Below the pieces are notes generated by a model that saw only the letters and a list, made by a program, of their open reading frames with translations, was not told where the DNA came from and did not search any database. From Escherichia coli (GTDB lineage Bacteria; Pseudomonadota; Gammaproteobacteria; Enterobacterales; Enterobacteriaceae): a stretch of DNA of 64,000 nt. The stretch's first letter is position 1. Every line of letters starts with the position of its first letter. A program made the translations under genes and the position numbers. Below, piece by piece: positions 11,255 to 21,710 of the stretch. The stretch lies in assembly GCF_003019035.1 (NCBI RefSeq), contig NZ_CP027447.1. One strand, written 5' to 3'.

Positions 11255-12646
11255 ATGAGTCACTCATCCGCCCCCGAAAGGGCTACTGGAGCTGTCATTA
11301 CAGATTGGCGACCGGAAGATCCTGCGTTCTGGCAACAACGCGGTCAACGTATTGCCAGCCGCAACCTGTGGATTTCCGTTCCCTGTCTGCTGCTGGCGTT
11401 TTGCGTATGGATGTTGTTCAGCGCTGTTGCGGTGAACTTACCGAAAGTCGGTTTTAATTTTACGACCGATCAGCTATTTATGTTGACTGCGCTGCCTTCG
11501 GTTTCTGGCGCGTTATTACGTGTTCCATACTCCTTTATGGTTCCTATCTTCGGTGGTCGTCGCTGGACGGCGTTCAGCACCGGTATTCTGATTATTCCTT
11601 GCGTCTGGCTGGGTTTTGCCGTGCAGGATACCTCCACGCCTTATAGCGTCTTCATCATCATCTCTCTGCTGTGCGGCTTTGCTGGCGCGAACTTCGCATC
11701 CAGTATGGCAAACATCAGCTTCTTCTTTCCGAAACAGAAGCAGGGGGGGGCGCTGGGTCTGAATGGTGGTCTGGGCAACATGGGCGTCAGCGTCATGCAG
11801 TTGGTTGCTCCGCTGGTGGTATCACTGTCGATTTTCGCAGTATTTGGTAGCCAGGGTGTCAAACAGCCGGATGGGACTGAGCTGTATCTGGCGAATGCGT
11901 CCTGGGTATGGGTGCCGTTCCTTGCCATCTTCACCATTGCGGCGTGGTTTGGCATGAACGATCTTGCTACCTCGAAAGCCTCCATCAAGGAGCAGTTGCC
12001 GGTACTCAAACGGGGTCATCTGTGGATTATGAGCCTGCTGTATCTGGCAACCTTCGGCTCCTTCATCGGCTTCTCCGCGGGCTTTGCGATGCTGTCAAAA
12101 ACGCAGTTCCCGGATGTTCAGATTCTGCAATACGCTTTCTTCGGGCCGTTTATTGGTGCGCTGGCGCGTTCTGCAGGTGGTGCATTATCTGACCGTCTGG
12201 GCGGAACTCGTGTCACGCTGGTGAACTTTATCCTGATGGCGATTTTCAGCGGCCTGCTGTTCCTGACCTTACCGACTGACGGACAGGGCGGAAGCTTCAT
12301 GGCGTTCTTCGCAGTCTTCCTGGCGCTGTTCCTGACAGCTGGGCTGGGTAGTGGTTCCACATTCCAGATGATTTCCGTGATCTTCCGTAAACTGACAATG
12401 GATCGCGTGAAAGCAGAAGGGGGTTCTGACGAACGTGCGATGCGTGAAGCGGCAACCGACACGGCGGCGGCGCTGGGTTTCATCTCTGCGATTGGCGCGA
12501 TTGGTGGCTTCTTTATTCCGAAAGCGTTTGGTAGCTCGCTGGCATTAACGGGTTCGCCAGTCGGCGCAATGAAAGTATTTTTGATTTTCTATATCGCCTG
12601 CGTGGTGATTACCTGGGCGGTATATGGTCGGCATTCTAAAAAATAA
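11255..12646 (+). CDS. narK: nitrate/nitrite transporter NarK (MFS)
   Basis: ORF track 11249..12646 trimmed to ATG 11255 (MSHSSAPERATGAVITDWRPEDPAFWQQ...), 463 aa, 12-TM MFS. Confidence 0.95.
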   Translation: MSHSSAPERATGAVITDWRPEDPAFWQQRGQRIASRNLWISVPCLLLAFCVWMLFSAVAVNLPKVGFNFTTDQLFMLTALPSVSGALLRVPYSFMVPIFGGRRWTAFSTGILIIPCVWLGFAVQDTSTPYSVFIIISLLCGFAGANFASSMANISFFFPKQKQGGALGLNGGLGNMGVSVMQLVAPLVVSLSIFAVFGSQGVKQPDGTELYLANASWVWVPFLAIFTIAAWFGMNDLATSKASIKEQLPVLKRGHLWIMSLLYLATFGSFIGFSAGFAMLSKTQFPDVQILQYAFFGPFIGALARSAGGALSDRLGGTRVTLVNFILMAIFSGLLFLTLPTDGQGGSFMAFFAVFLALFLTAGLGSGSTFQMISVIFRKLTMDRVKAEGGSDERAMREAATDTAAALGFISAIGAIGGFFIPKAFGSSLALTGSPVGAMKVFLIFYIACVVITWAVYGRHSKK

Positions 12647-12669
12647 ATCTTAATATTTGATTATCCTTT

Positions 12670-12695
12670 GCGCGGCATGATGTCGCGCTTTTTTT
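12670..12695 (+). terminator. rho-independent terminator after narK
   Basis: GCGCG/CGCGC stem with 9-nt loop followed by T7. Confidence 0.6.
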
Positions 12696-12770
12696 ATGCG
12701 TCATTTAGTTACAACATACTCATATTATATGGCTTATTTCGCCGGATTTCATTAAGAGCCATTAATATGT

Positions 12771-12800
12771 TACCCATGGGGAATACTCCTTAATACCCAT
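12771..12800 (+). promoter_or_regulatory. cluster of NarL heptamer-like sites (TACCCAT / TACTCCT) upstream of narG
   Basis: Three TACYYMT-type heptamers at 12771-12777, 12784-12790 and 12794-12800, ~200 bp upstream of the narG FNR site, matching the known architecture of the narG control region. Confidence 0.5.
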
Positions 12801-12933
12801 CTGCATAAAAATCTTAATAGTTTAAATAACTACAGGTATAAAACGTCTTAATTTACAGCGTGTTATGCTGTAACTGCTAATTATCCCAAAGGGGTATCTT
12901 AGGAATTTACTTTATTTTTCATCCCCATCACTC

Positions 12934-12947
12934 TTGATCGTTATCAA
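12934..12947 (+). promoter_or_regulatory. FNR site (TTGATCGTTATCAA) of the narGHJI promoter
   Basis: Near-perfect FNR consensus ~98 bp upstream of narG ATG. Confidence 0.7.
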
Positions 12948-13038
12948 TTCTCACGCTGTTTCAGAGCGTTACCTTGCCCTTAAACATTAGCAATGTCGAT
13001 TTATCAGAGGGCCGACAGGCTCCCACAGGAGAAAACCG

Positions 13039-16000
13039 ATGAGTAAATTCCTGGACCGGTTTCGCTACTTCAAACAGAAGGGTGAAACCTTTGCCGATGG
13101 GCATGGCCAGCTTCTCAATACCAACCGTGACTGGGAGGATGGATATCGCCAGCGTTGGCAGCATGACAAAATCGTCCGCTCTACCCACGGGGTAAACTGC
13201 ACCGGCTCCTGCAGCTGGAAAATCTACGTCAAAAACGGTCTGGTGACCTGGGAAACCCAGCAGACTGACTATCCGCGTACTCGCCCGGACCTGCCAAACC
13301 ATGAACCTCGCGGCTGCCCGCGCGGTGCCAGCTACTCCTGGTATCTTTACAGCGCCAACCGCCTGAAATACCCAATGATGCGCAAACGCCTGATGAAAAT
13401 GTGGCGTGAAGCGAAGGCGCTGCATAGCGATCCGGTTGAGGCATGGGCTTCTATCATTGAAGACGCCGATAAAGCGAAAAGCTTTAAGCAGGCGCGTGGA
13501 CGCGGTGGTTTTGTTCGTTCTTCCTGGCAGGAAGTGAATGAACTGATCGCCGCCTCTAACGTTTACACCATCAAAAACTACGGCCCGGACCGTGTCGCTG
13601 GTTTCTCGCCAATTCCGGCAATGTCGATGGTTTCTTACGCATCGGGTGCACGCTATCTTTCGCTGATTGGCGGTACTTGCTTAAGCTTCTACGACTGGTA
13701 CTGCGACCTGCCTCCTGCGTCTCCGCAAACCTGGGGTGAGCAAACTGACGTACCGGAATCTGCTGACTGGTACAACTCCAGCTACATCATCGCCTGGGGT
13801 TCAAATGTGCCGCAGACGCGTACCCCGGATGCTCACTTCTTTACTGAAGTGCGTTACAAAGGGACCAAAACTGTTGCCGTCACACCAGACTACGCTGAAA
13901 TCGCCAAACTGTGCGATCTGTGGCTGTCACCGAAACAGGGCACCGATGCGGCAATGGCGCTGGCAATGGGTCACGTAATGCTGCGTGAATTCCACCTCGA
14001 CAACCCAAGCCAGTATTTCACCGACTATGTGCGCCGCTACACCGACATGCCGATGCTGGTGATGCTGGAAGAGCGCGACGGTTACTACGCTGCGGGTCGT
14101 ATGCTGCGCGCTGCTGATCTGGTGGATGCACTGGGCCAGGAAAACAATCCGGAATGGAAAACTGTCGCCTTTAATACCAATGGCGAAATGGTTGCGCCGA
14201 ACGGTTCTATTGGCTTCCGCTGGGGCGAGAAGGGCAAATGGAATCTTGAGCAGCGCGACGGCAAAACTGGCGAAGAAACCGAGCTGCAACTGAGCCTGCT
14301 GGGTAGCCAGGATGAGATCGCTGAGGTGGGCTTCCCGTACTTTGGTGGCGACGGCACGGAACACTTCAACAAAGTGGAACTGGAAAACGTGCTGCTGCAC
14401 AAGCTGCCGGTGAAACGCTTGCAACTGGCTGATGGCAGCACCGCACTGGTGACCACCGTTTATGATTTGACGCTGGCAAACTATGGTCTGGAACGTGGCC
14501 TGAACGACGTTAACTGTGCAACCAGCTATGACGATGTGAAAGCTTACACTCCGGCGTGGGCCGAGCAAATCACTGGCGTTTCTCGTAGCCAGATTATCCG
14601 TATTGCCCGTGAATTTGCCGATAACGCTGACAAGACGCACGGTCGTTCGATGATTATCGTCGGTGCGGGGCTGAACCACTGGTATCACCTCGATATGAAC
14701 TATCGTGGTCTGATCAACATGCTGATTTTCTGCGGCTGTGTCGGTCAGAGCGGGGGCGGCTGGGCGCACTATGTAGGTCAGGAAAAACTGCGTCCGCAAA
14801 CCGGCTGGCAGCCGCTGGCGTTTGCCCTTGACTGGCAGCGTCCGGCGCGTCACATGAACAGCACTTCTTATTTCTATAACCACTCCAGCCAGTGGCGTTA
14901 TGAAACCGTCACGGCGGAAGAGTTGCTGTCACCGATGGCGGATAAATCCCGTTATACCGGACACCTGATCGACTTTAACGTCCGTGCGGAACGCATGGGC
15001 TGGCTGCCGTCTGCACCGCAGTTAGGCACTAACCCGCTGACTATCGCTGGCGAAGCGGAAAAAGCCGGGATGAATCCGGTGGACTATACGGTGAAATCCC
15101 TGAAAGAGGGTTCCATCCGTTTTGCGGCAGAACAACCAGAAAACGGTAAAAACCACCCGCGCAACCTGTTCATCTGGCGTTCTAACCTGCTCGGTTCTTC
15201 CGGTAAAGGTCATGAGTTTATGCTCAAGTACCTGCTGGGGACGGAGCACGGTATCCAGGGTAAAGATCTGGGGCAGCAGGGCGGCGTGAAGCCGGAAGAA
15301 GTGGACTGGCAGGACAATGGTCTGGAAGGCAAGCTGGATCTGGTGGTTACGCTGGACTTCCGTCTGTCGAGCACCTGTCTCTATTCCGACATCATTTTGC
15401 CGACGGCGACCTGGTACGAAAAAGACGACATGAATACTTCGGATATGCATCCGTTTATTCACCCGCTGTCTGCGGCGGTCGATCCGGCCTGGGAAGCGAA
15501 AAGCGACTGGGAAATCTACAAAGCCATCGCCAGGAAATTCTCCGAAGTGTGCGTTGGTCATCTGGGTAAAGAAACCGACATCGTCACGCTGCCTATCCAG
15601 CACGACTCTGCCGCTGAACTGGCACAGCCGCTGGATGTGAAAGACTGGAAAAAAGGCGAATGCGACCTGATCCCAGGTAAAACTGCACCGCACATTATGG
15701 TCGTAGAGCGCGATTATCCGGCGACTTACGAACGCTTTACCTCTATCGGCCCGCTGATGGAGAAAATCGGTAATGGCGGTAAAGGGATTGCCTGGAACAC
15801 CCAGAGCGAGATGGATCTGCTGCGTAAGCTCAACTACACCAAAGCGGAAGGTCCGGCAAAAGGTCAGCCGATGCTCAATACCGCAATTGATGCGGCAGAG
15901 ATGATCCTGACACTGGCACCGGAAACCAACGGTCAGGTAGCCGTGAAAGCCTGGGCTGCCCTGAGCGAATTTACCGGTCGTGACCATACGCATCTGGCGC

Positions 16001-16782
16001 TGAATAAAGAAGACGAGAAGATCCGCTTCCGCGATATTCAGGCACAGCCGCGCAAAATTATCTCCAGCCCGACCTGGTCTGGTCTGGAAGATGAACACGT
16101 TTCTTACAACGCCGGTTACACCAACGTTCACGAGCTGATCCCGTGGCGTACGCTCTCTGGTCGTCAGCAACTGTATCAGGATCACCAGTGGATGCGTGAT
16201 TTCGGTGAAAGCCTGCTGGTTTATCGTCCGCCGATCGACACCCGTTCGGTGAAAGAAGTGATGGGGCAGAAATCCAACGGCAACCCGGAAAAAGCGCTCA
16301 ACTTCCTGACGCCGCACCAGAAGTGGGGTATCCACTCCACCTACAGCGACAACCTGCTGATGCTGACTTTAGGTCGCGGTGGTCCGGTGGTCTGGCTGAG
16401 TGAAGCCGATGCCAAAGATCTGGGCATTGCCGATAACGACTGGATTGAAGTCTTCAACAGCAACGGTGCTCTGACTGCCCGTGCGGTTGTCAGCCAGCGT
16501 GTTCCGGCAGGGATGACCATGATGTACCACGCGCAGGAACGTATCGTTAACCTGCCTGGTTCGGAAATTACCCAACAGCGTGGTGGTATCCATAACTCGG
16601 TTACCCGTATCACGCCGAAACCGACGCATATGATCGGCGGCTATGCCCATCTGGCATACGGCTTTAACTACTACGGCACCGTAGGTTCTAACCGCGATGA
16701 GTTTGTTGTAGTGCGTAAGATGAAGAACATTGACTGGTTAGATGGCGAAGGCAATGACCAGGTACAGGAGAGCGTAAAATGA
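13039..16782 (+). CDS. narG: respiratory nitrate reductase A alpha subunit
   Basis: 1247-aa ORF; N-terminal Fe-S binding HxxxCxxxC-type motif region (STHGVNCTGSCSWKIY) and molybdopterin oxidoreductase signature. Confidence 0.97.
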   Translation: MSKFLDRFRYFKQKGETFADGHGQLLNTNRDWEDGYRQRWQHDKIVRSTHGVNCTGSCSWKIYVKNGLVTWETQQTDYPRTRPDLPNHEPRGCPRGASYSWYLYSANRLKYPMMRKRLMKMWREAKALHSDPVEAWASIIEDADKAKSFKQARGRGGFVRSSWQEVNELIAASNVYTIKNYGPDRVAGFSPIPAMSMVSYASGARYLSLIGGTCLSFYDWYCDLPPASPQTWGEQTDVPESADWYNSSYIIAWGSNVPQTRTPDAHFFTEVRYKGTKTVAVTPDYAEIAKLCDLWLSPKQGTDAAMALAMGHVMLREFHLDNPSQYFTDYVRRYTDMPMLVMLEERDGYYAAGRMLRAADLVDALGQENNPEWKTVAFNTNGEMVAPNGSIGFRWGEKGKWNLEQRDGKTGEETELQLSLLGSQDEIAEVGFPYFGGDGTEHFNKVELENVLLHKLPVKRLQLADGSTALVTTVYDLTLANYGLERGLNDVNCATSYDDVKAYTPAWAEQITGVSRSQIIRIAREFADNADKTHGRSMIIVGAGLNHWYHLDMNYRGLINMLIFCGCVGQSGGGWAHYVGQEKLRPQTGWQPLAFALDWQRPARHMNSTSYFYNHSSQWRYETVTAEELLSPMADKSRYTGHLIDFNVRAERMGWLPSAPQLGTNPLTIAGEAEKAGMNPVDYTVKSLKEGSIRFAAEQPENGKNHPRNLFIWRSNLLGSSGKGHEFMLKYLLGTEHGIQGKDLGQQGGVKPEEVDWQDNGLEGKLDLVVTLDFRLSSTCLYSDIILPTATWYEKDDMNTSDMHPFIHPLSAAVDPAWEAKSDWEIYKAIARKFSEVCVGHLGKETDIVTLPIQHDSAAELAQPLDVKDWKKGECDLIPGKTAPHIMVVERDYPATYERFTSIGPLMEKIGNGGKGIAWNTQSEMDLLRKLNYTKAEGPAKGQPMLNTAIDAAEMILTLAPETNGQVAVKAWAALSEFTGRDHTHLALNKEDEKIRFRDIQAQPRKIISSPTWSGLEDEHVSYNAGYTNVHELIPWRTLSGRQQLYQDHQWMRDFGESLLVYRPPIDTRSVKEVMGQKSNGNPEKALNFLTPHQKWGIHSTYSDNLLMLTLGRGGPVVWLSEADAKDLGIADNDWIEVFNSNGALTARAVVSQRVPAGMTMMYHAQERIVNLPGSEITQQRGGIHNSVTRITPKPTHMIGGYAHLAYGFNYYGTVGSNRDEFVVVRKMKNIDWLDGEGNDQVQESVK

Positions 16783-18317
16783 AAATTCGTTCACAAGTCG
16801 GCATGGTGCTGAATCTCGATAAGTGCATCGGCTGCCACACCTGTTCAGTTACCTGTAAAAACGTCTGGACCAGCCGCGAAGGCGTGGAATACGCGTGGTT
16901 CAACAACGTGGAAACCAAGCCGGGCCAGGGCTTCCCGACTGACTGGGAAAACCAGGAAAAATACAAAGGCGGCTGGATCCGTAAAATCAACGGCAAACTG
17001 CAGCCGCGCATGGGTAACCGCGCCATGCTGCTGGGTAAAATCTTCGCTAACCCGCATCTGCCGGGGATCGACGATTATTACGAGCCGTTCGATTTTGACT
17101 ATCAGAACCTGCATACCGCGCCGGAAGGCAGCAAGTCGCAGCCGATTGCCCGTCCGCGTTCGCTGATTACCGGCGAACGGATGGCGAAAATCGAAAAAGG
17201 GCCGAACTGGGAAGATGACCTGGGCGGTGAGTTCGACAAGCTGGCGAAAGACAAGAACTTCGACAACATCCAGAAGGCGATGTATAGCCAGTTCGAAAAC
17301 ACCTTCATGATGTATTTGCCGCGCCTGTGCGAACACTGCCTGAACCCGGCATGTGTGGCGACCTGCCCGAGCGGTGCGATTTACAAGCGTGAAGAAGATG
17401 GCATCGTCCTGATCGACCAGGATAAATGCCGTGGCTGGCGTATGTGCATCACCGGATGCCCGTACAAAAAAATCTACTTCAACTGGAAGAGCGGTAAGTC
17501 TGAGAAGTGCATCTTCTGCTATCCGCGTATTGAAGCGGGTCAGCCGACCGTGTGCTCAGAAACCTGTGTCGGTCGTATCCGTTATCTCGGCGTGCTGTTG
17601 TACGATGCCGACGCGATTGAACGTGCGGCAAGTACCGAGAACGAGAAAGATCTCTACCAGCGTCAGCTGGATGTGTTCCTCGATCCGAACGATCCGAAAG
17701 TCATCGAGCAGGCGATTAAAGACGGTATTCCGCTGAGCGTTATTGAAGCCGCACAGCAGTCACCGGTTTATAAAATGGCGATGGAATGGAAACTGGCGCT
17801 GCCGCTGCATCCGGAATATCGCACACTGCCGATGGTCTGGTACGTGCCGCCTCTGTCTCCGATTCAGTCTGCAGCAGATGCGGGTGAGCTGGGCAGCAAC
17901 GGCATTCTGCCAGACGTCGAAAGCCTGCGTATTCCGGTACAGTATCTGGCGAATCTGCTGACCGCCGGTGATACCAAACCGGTACTGCGCGCGCTGAAAC
18001 GTATGCTGGCAATGCGTCATTATAAACGTGCTGAAACCGTTGACGGGAAAGTGGATACCCGTGCGCTGGAAGAGGTCGGTCTGACCGAAGCCCAGGCACA
18101 GGAGATGTACCGTTATCTGGCGATTGCTAACTACGAAGATCGCTTTGTGGTGCCGAGTAGTCATCGTGAACTGGCGCGGGAAGCCTTCCCGGAGAAAAAT
18201 GGCTGCGGCTTTACCTTTGGTGATGGCTGCCACGGTTCAGATACCAAATTCAATCTGTTCAACAGCCGCCGTATCGATGCCATCGACGTAACCAGCAAAA
18301 CGGAGCCGCACCCATGA
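16779..18317 (+). CDS. narH: respiratory nitrate reductase A beta subunit (Fe-S)
   Basis: 512-aa ORF with four Cys clusters (CIGCHTCSVTC, CEHCLNPACVATCP, CRGWRMCITGCP, CIFCYPR); overlaps narG stop. Confidence 0.97.
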   Translation: MKIRSQVGMVLNLDKCIGCHTCSVTCKNVWTSREGVEYAWFNNVETKPGQGFPTDWENQEKYKGGWIRKINGKLQPRMGNRAMLLGKIFANPHLPGIDDYYEPFDFDYQNLHTAPEGSKSQPIARPRSLITGERMAKIEKGPNWEDDLGGEFDKLAKDKNFDNIQKAMYSQFENTFMMYLPRLCEHCLNPACVATCPSGAIYKREEDGIVLIDQDKCRGWRMCITGCPYKKIYFNWKSGKSEKCIFCYPRIEAGQPTVCSETCVGRIRYLGVLLYDADAIERAASTENEKDLYQRQLDVFLDPNDPKVIEQAIKDGIPLSVIEAAQQSPVYKMAMEWKLALPLHPEYRTLPMVWYVPPLSPIQSAADAGELGSNGILPDVESLRIPVQYLANLLTAGDTKPVLRALKRMLAMRHYKRAETVDGKVDTRALEEVGLTEAQAQEMYRYLAIANYEDRFVVPSSHRELAREAFPEKNGCGFTFGDGCHGSDTKFNLFNSRRIDAIDVTSKTEPHP

Positions 18318-19024
18318 TCGAACTCGTGATTGTATCGCGTCTCCTTGAATATCCGGATGCTGCCTTATGGCAGCATCAACAAGAGATGTTTGAGGCGATT
18401 GCCGCGTCGAAAAATCTGTCGAAAGAAGATGCCCATGCGCTGGGCATTTTCCTGCGCGATTTAACGGCGATGGATCCGCTCGATGCTCAGGCCCAGTACA
18501 GCGAACTGTTCGACCGTGGCCGCGCCACGTCACTGTTGCTGTTTGAACATGTGCACGGCGAATCCCGCGACCGCGGTCAGGCGATGGTAGACCTGCTGGC
18601 GCAGTATGAGCAGCACGGTTTGCAGTTAAACAGCCGCGAATTGCCCGACCATCTGCCGCTGTATCTGGAGTACCTGGCGCAGCTGCCGCAAAGCGAAGCC
18701 GTGGAAGGTTTGAAAGATATTGCGCCGATTCTGGCATTGCTGAGTGCGCGTCTGCAACAGCGTGAAAGCCGTTATGCCGTGCTGTTTGATCTGCTGCTGA
18801 AACTGGCGAATACCGCTATCGACAGCGACAAAGTGGCGGAAAAAATTGCCGACGAAGCGCGCGACGATACGCCGCAGGCGCTGGATGCCGTTTGGGAAGA
18901 AGAGCAGGTTAAATTCTTTGCTGACAAAGGCTGCGGTGATTCAGCAATCACTGCCCATCAACGTCGCTTTGCCGGTGCCGTCGCACCGCAATATCTGAAT
19001 ATCACCACCGGAGGACAGCACTAA
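18314..19024 (+). CDS. narJ: nitrate reductase assembly chaperone NarJ
   Basis: 236-aa ORF overlapping narH stop. Confidence 0.95.
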   Translation: MIELVIVSRLLEYPDAALWQHQQEMFEAIAASKNLSKEDAHALGIFLRDLTAMDPLDAQAQYSELFDRGRATSLLLFEHVHGESRDRGQAMVDLLAQYEQHGLQLNSRELPDHLPLYLEYLAQLPQSEAVEGLKDIAPILALLSARLQQRESRYAVLFDLLLKLANTAIDSDKVAEKIADEARDDTPQALDAVWEEEQVKFFADKGCGDSAITAHQRRFAGAVAPQYLNITTGGQH

Positions 19025-19701
19025 TGCAATTCCTGAATATGTTCTTCTTTGATATCTACCCGTACATAGCCGGGGCGGTCTTCCTGATTGGTAGCTGGCT
19101 GCGTTATGACTACGGGCAGTACACCTGGCGCGCGGCGTCCAGCCAGATGCTGGATCGCAAAGGGATGAACCTGGCATCGAACCTGTTCCATATCGGTATT
19201 CTGGGGATTTTTGTCGGTCACTTCTTCGGTATGTTGACGCCGCACTGGATGTATGAAGCCTGGCTGCCGATTGAAGTGAAACAGAAAATGGCGATGTTTG
19301 CTGGTGGTGCCAGCGGTGTGCTGTGTCTGATTGGCGGCGTGCTGTTGCTGAAGCGTCGTCTGTTCAGCCCACGCGTGCGTGCAACCACTACCGGAGCGGA
19401 TATCCTGATCCTGTCGCTGCTCGTTATCCAGTGCGCGCTGGGCTTGCTGACCATTCCGTTCTCCGCCCAACATATGGACGGTAGCGAGATGATGAAACTG
19501 GTTGGCTGGGCGCAGTCGGTAGTGACCTTCCACGGTGGCGCTTCTCAACACCTTGATGGTGTGGCGTTTATCTTCCGTCTGCACCTGGTGCTGGGGATGA
19601 CGTTATTCCTGCTGTTCCCGTTCTCGCGTCTGGTGCACATCTGGAGCGTCCCGGTGGAGTATCTGACACGTAAGTATCAGCTGGTGCGCGCTCGTCACTA
19701 A
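19024..19701 (+). CDS. narI: respiratory nitrate reductase A gamma subunit (cytochrome b)
   Basis: 225-aa hydrophobic ORF overlapping narJ stop by 1 nt. Confidence 0.95.
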   Translation: MQFLNMFFFDIYPYIAGAVFLIGSWLRYDYGQYTWRAASSQMLDRKGMNLASNLFHIGILGIFVGHFFGMLTPHWMYEAWLPIEVKQKMAMFAGGASGVLCLIGGVLLLKRRLFSPRVRATTTGADILILSLLVIQCALGLLTIPFSAQHMDGSEMMKLVGWAQSVVTFHGGASQHLDGVAFIFRLHLVLGMTLFLLFPFSRLVHIWSVPVEYLTRKYQLVRARH

Positions 19702-19722
19702 GCGAATTTTAGTTCACATAGA

Positions 19723-19745
19723 CCCTGCTTCGGCGGGGTTTTTTT
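19723..19745 (+). terminator. rho-independent terminator of narGHJI
   Basis: Stem CCCTGC/GCGGGG with TTCG tetraloop followed by T7, 22 nt after narI stop. Confidence 0.7.
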
Positions 19746-19884
19746 ATGGGCACGGTGCGGGGTGAGTTGTCGGATGCGCTTCGCTTATCCGAACTTCAGG
19801 GGAGGATATTTTAGGTCCGGTAAACGCGGTGCCATCGGGCAGAATTAGCTCGGAGTAACAGGTTTTGAGTATTTCAGGAAGTAT

Positions 19885-19969
<85 letters not shown>

Positions 19970-20002
19970 AGGGGTAATTCAAATTCTGAGGTAATGCTTG
20001 AG

Positions 20003-20087
<85 letters not shown>

Positions 20088-20138
20088 CACGGGGTAATGC
20101 TTTTTACTGGCCTGCTCCCTTATCGGGAAGCGGGGCGC

Positions 20139-20166
20139 ATCATATCAAATGACGCGCCGCTGTAAA
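20139..20166 (-). promoter_or_regulatory. tyrT promoter (-35 TTTACA, 16-bp spacer, -10 TATGAT, GC-rich discriminator)
   Basis: Minus-strand sequence TTTACAGCGGCGCGTCATTTGATATGATGCGCCCCGCTTCCCGATAAGGG is the classical stringently controlled tyrT promoter; about 43-nt leader to the tRNA 5' end. Confidence 0.8.
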
Positions 20167-20247
20167 GTGTTACGTTGAGAAAAATGAACTGGTTGCGTAA
20201 TTTTCATCCGTAACGGATTAAAGGTAACCAGTTATTTTTGCTGGCGA

Positions 20248-21090
20248 TTAAAGAATAATCGTCCGATTACCGTAAACAAAGACGCGCTGCGCCAGTACTT
20301 TGTAGAGTGCGCGACTTAAGACGTTTTTCTCGACGTCACGACCTGCGCGCATCATATCTTCAGCTGTGTAGGTATGATCGACATGAATAACGTCCTGCAT
20401 GATGATTGGACCTTCGTCCAGATTGTCATTCACATAGTGAGCGGTTGCGCCAATAATCTTCACGCCACGTTCATAGGCCTGGTGATAAGGACGTGCGCCG
20501 ATAAACGCTGGCAGGAATGAATGGTGAATATTGATGATCTTATTCGGGAAGCGTGCCACAAATTCTGGCGTTAATACCCGCATATACTTCGCCAGCACCA
20601 CGTAGTCAGGCTGATAAGCATCAATGGCATCCGCCATCTTTTGATCGTGCTCGTTGCGACTTAATCCTTCATGACTTACCAGCTCAAACGGAATATCAAA
20701 ACGCTCAACCAGAGAACGTAAAGTATCGTGGTTACCAATAACTGCCGCGATTTCGACATCCAGGCCGCCGTAATTGGCTTTCATCAACAAATCGCCAAGG
20801 CAATGCGCCTCTTTAGTGACCAGAATCACTATCCGGCGACGACCGGCAGGATTCAGCTCACGTACGGAGCCTTCTGGCAATGCGCTGTCGAGATCCGCCA
20901 GCAGGGTGGAATCATTAAAAATTCCTTCCAGTTCCGTGCGCATAAAAAAGCGCCCGGTACGGTGATCAACAAATTCATTGTTCTGCACGATATTTAACTC
21001 GTGCTTGTAGCAAATATTGGTAATACGTGCGATCAGACCTTTTTGGTCCGGACAAATAGTACGCAGAACTTTACGTTGGAGTGAATGCAT
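20248..21090 (-). CDS. purU: formyltetrahydrofolate deformylase
   Basis: 280-aa ORF with N-terminal ACT domain and C-terminal formyltransferase domain. Confidence 0.93.
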   Translation of the reverse strand: MHSLQRKVLRTICPDQKGLIARITNICYKHELNIVQNNEFVDHRTGRFFMRTELEGIFNDSTLLADLDSALPEGSVRELNPAGRRRIVILVTKEAHCLGDLLMKANYGGLDVEIAAVIGNHDTLRSLVERFDIPFELVSHEGLSRNEHDQKMADAIDAYQPDYVVLAKYMRVLTPEFVARFPNKIINIHHSFLPAFIGARPYHQAYERGVKIIGATAHYVNDNLDEGPIIMQDVIHVDHTYTAEDMMRAGRDVEKNVLSRALYKVLAQRVFVYGNRTIIL

Positions 21091-21139
21091 TGCTGGAAAA
21101 ACCTTGTTGAGAGTGTTTGCTAAACCGTACCGTCAACCA

Positions 21140-21598
21140 TTATTGGCCGCAGCACTTTTTAAATTTTTTACCTGAACCACAAGGGCAGGGATCGTTGCGG
21201 CCAAACTGCGGACGTGTACCGTCAATATAGTACCATTGACCGTTTTCTTTCAAAAATCGCGAACGTTCAATGATTGCACCTGTTTTGCCACCTTCGGTAA
21301 ATCGAGCAACAAAACTGACAAATCCGATATTGTCGGCGTCCTGCCAACAATGTTCAAATACGGTCAATCCCAACCATTCAGTATGCGCAAATCCGGCCAT
21401 CAATTCGGCACGTAACGCCGCCGCTCCACAAGATGGATGCCAGGTCTTTATTAAATAATCTGCGTCTTTCATCACAAAAGCGCAGTAACGCGAACGCATG
21501 AGATGTTCTGGATCAGGTGCAACCTTTTCACCAGACACATAAGGGTGGCAACATAGGCTATACTCGACAGCACTACCACAGGGACAAAGCTGAGACAC
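21140..21598 (-). CDS. ychJ: SEC-C metal-binding motif protein YchJ
   Basis: ORF track 21140..21619 trimmed to GTG 21598 (152 aa); CPCGS motifs at both ends (SQLCPCGSA..., [16 protein letters not shown]). Confidence 0.85.
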   Translation of the reverse strand: MSQLCPCGSAVEYSLCCHPYVSGEKVAPDPEHLMRSRYCAFVMKDADYLIKTWHPSCGAAALRAELMAGFAHTEWLGLTVFEHCWQDADNIGFVSFVARFTEGGKTGAIIERSRFLKENGQWYYIDGTRPQFGRNDPCPCGSGKKFKKCCGQ

Positions 21599-21710
21599 AA
21601 ATAATCTCCCTGGAAACAATAACGGCGTATTAACCGCCTGAGTAGCACTATGTTAACCGAGCAGTAGCGATGTGGCTACGATTGCATTCCAGGGGAATCT
21701 TGCGGGAATA

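Noticed and set aside
12961-13425. 154-aa minus-strand ORF spanning the narG promoter and 5' end
   Set aside because: It overlaps the FNR site and the start of narG on the opposite strand, with a low-complexity product and no RBS; spurious.
13927-16335. Long minus-strand ORFs (318 aa at 13927..14883 and 437 aa at 15022..16335) antisense to narG
   Set aside because: They lie entirely inside the well-supported narG coding sequence, have no RBS or recognisable protein features and Arg/His-rich low-complexity translations; they are typical spurious antisense frames in GC-rich coding DNA.
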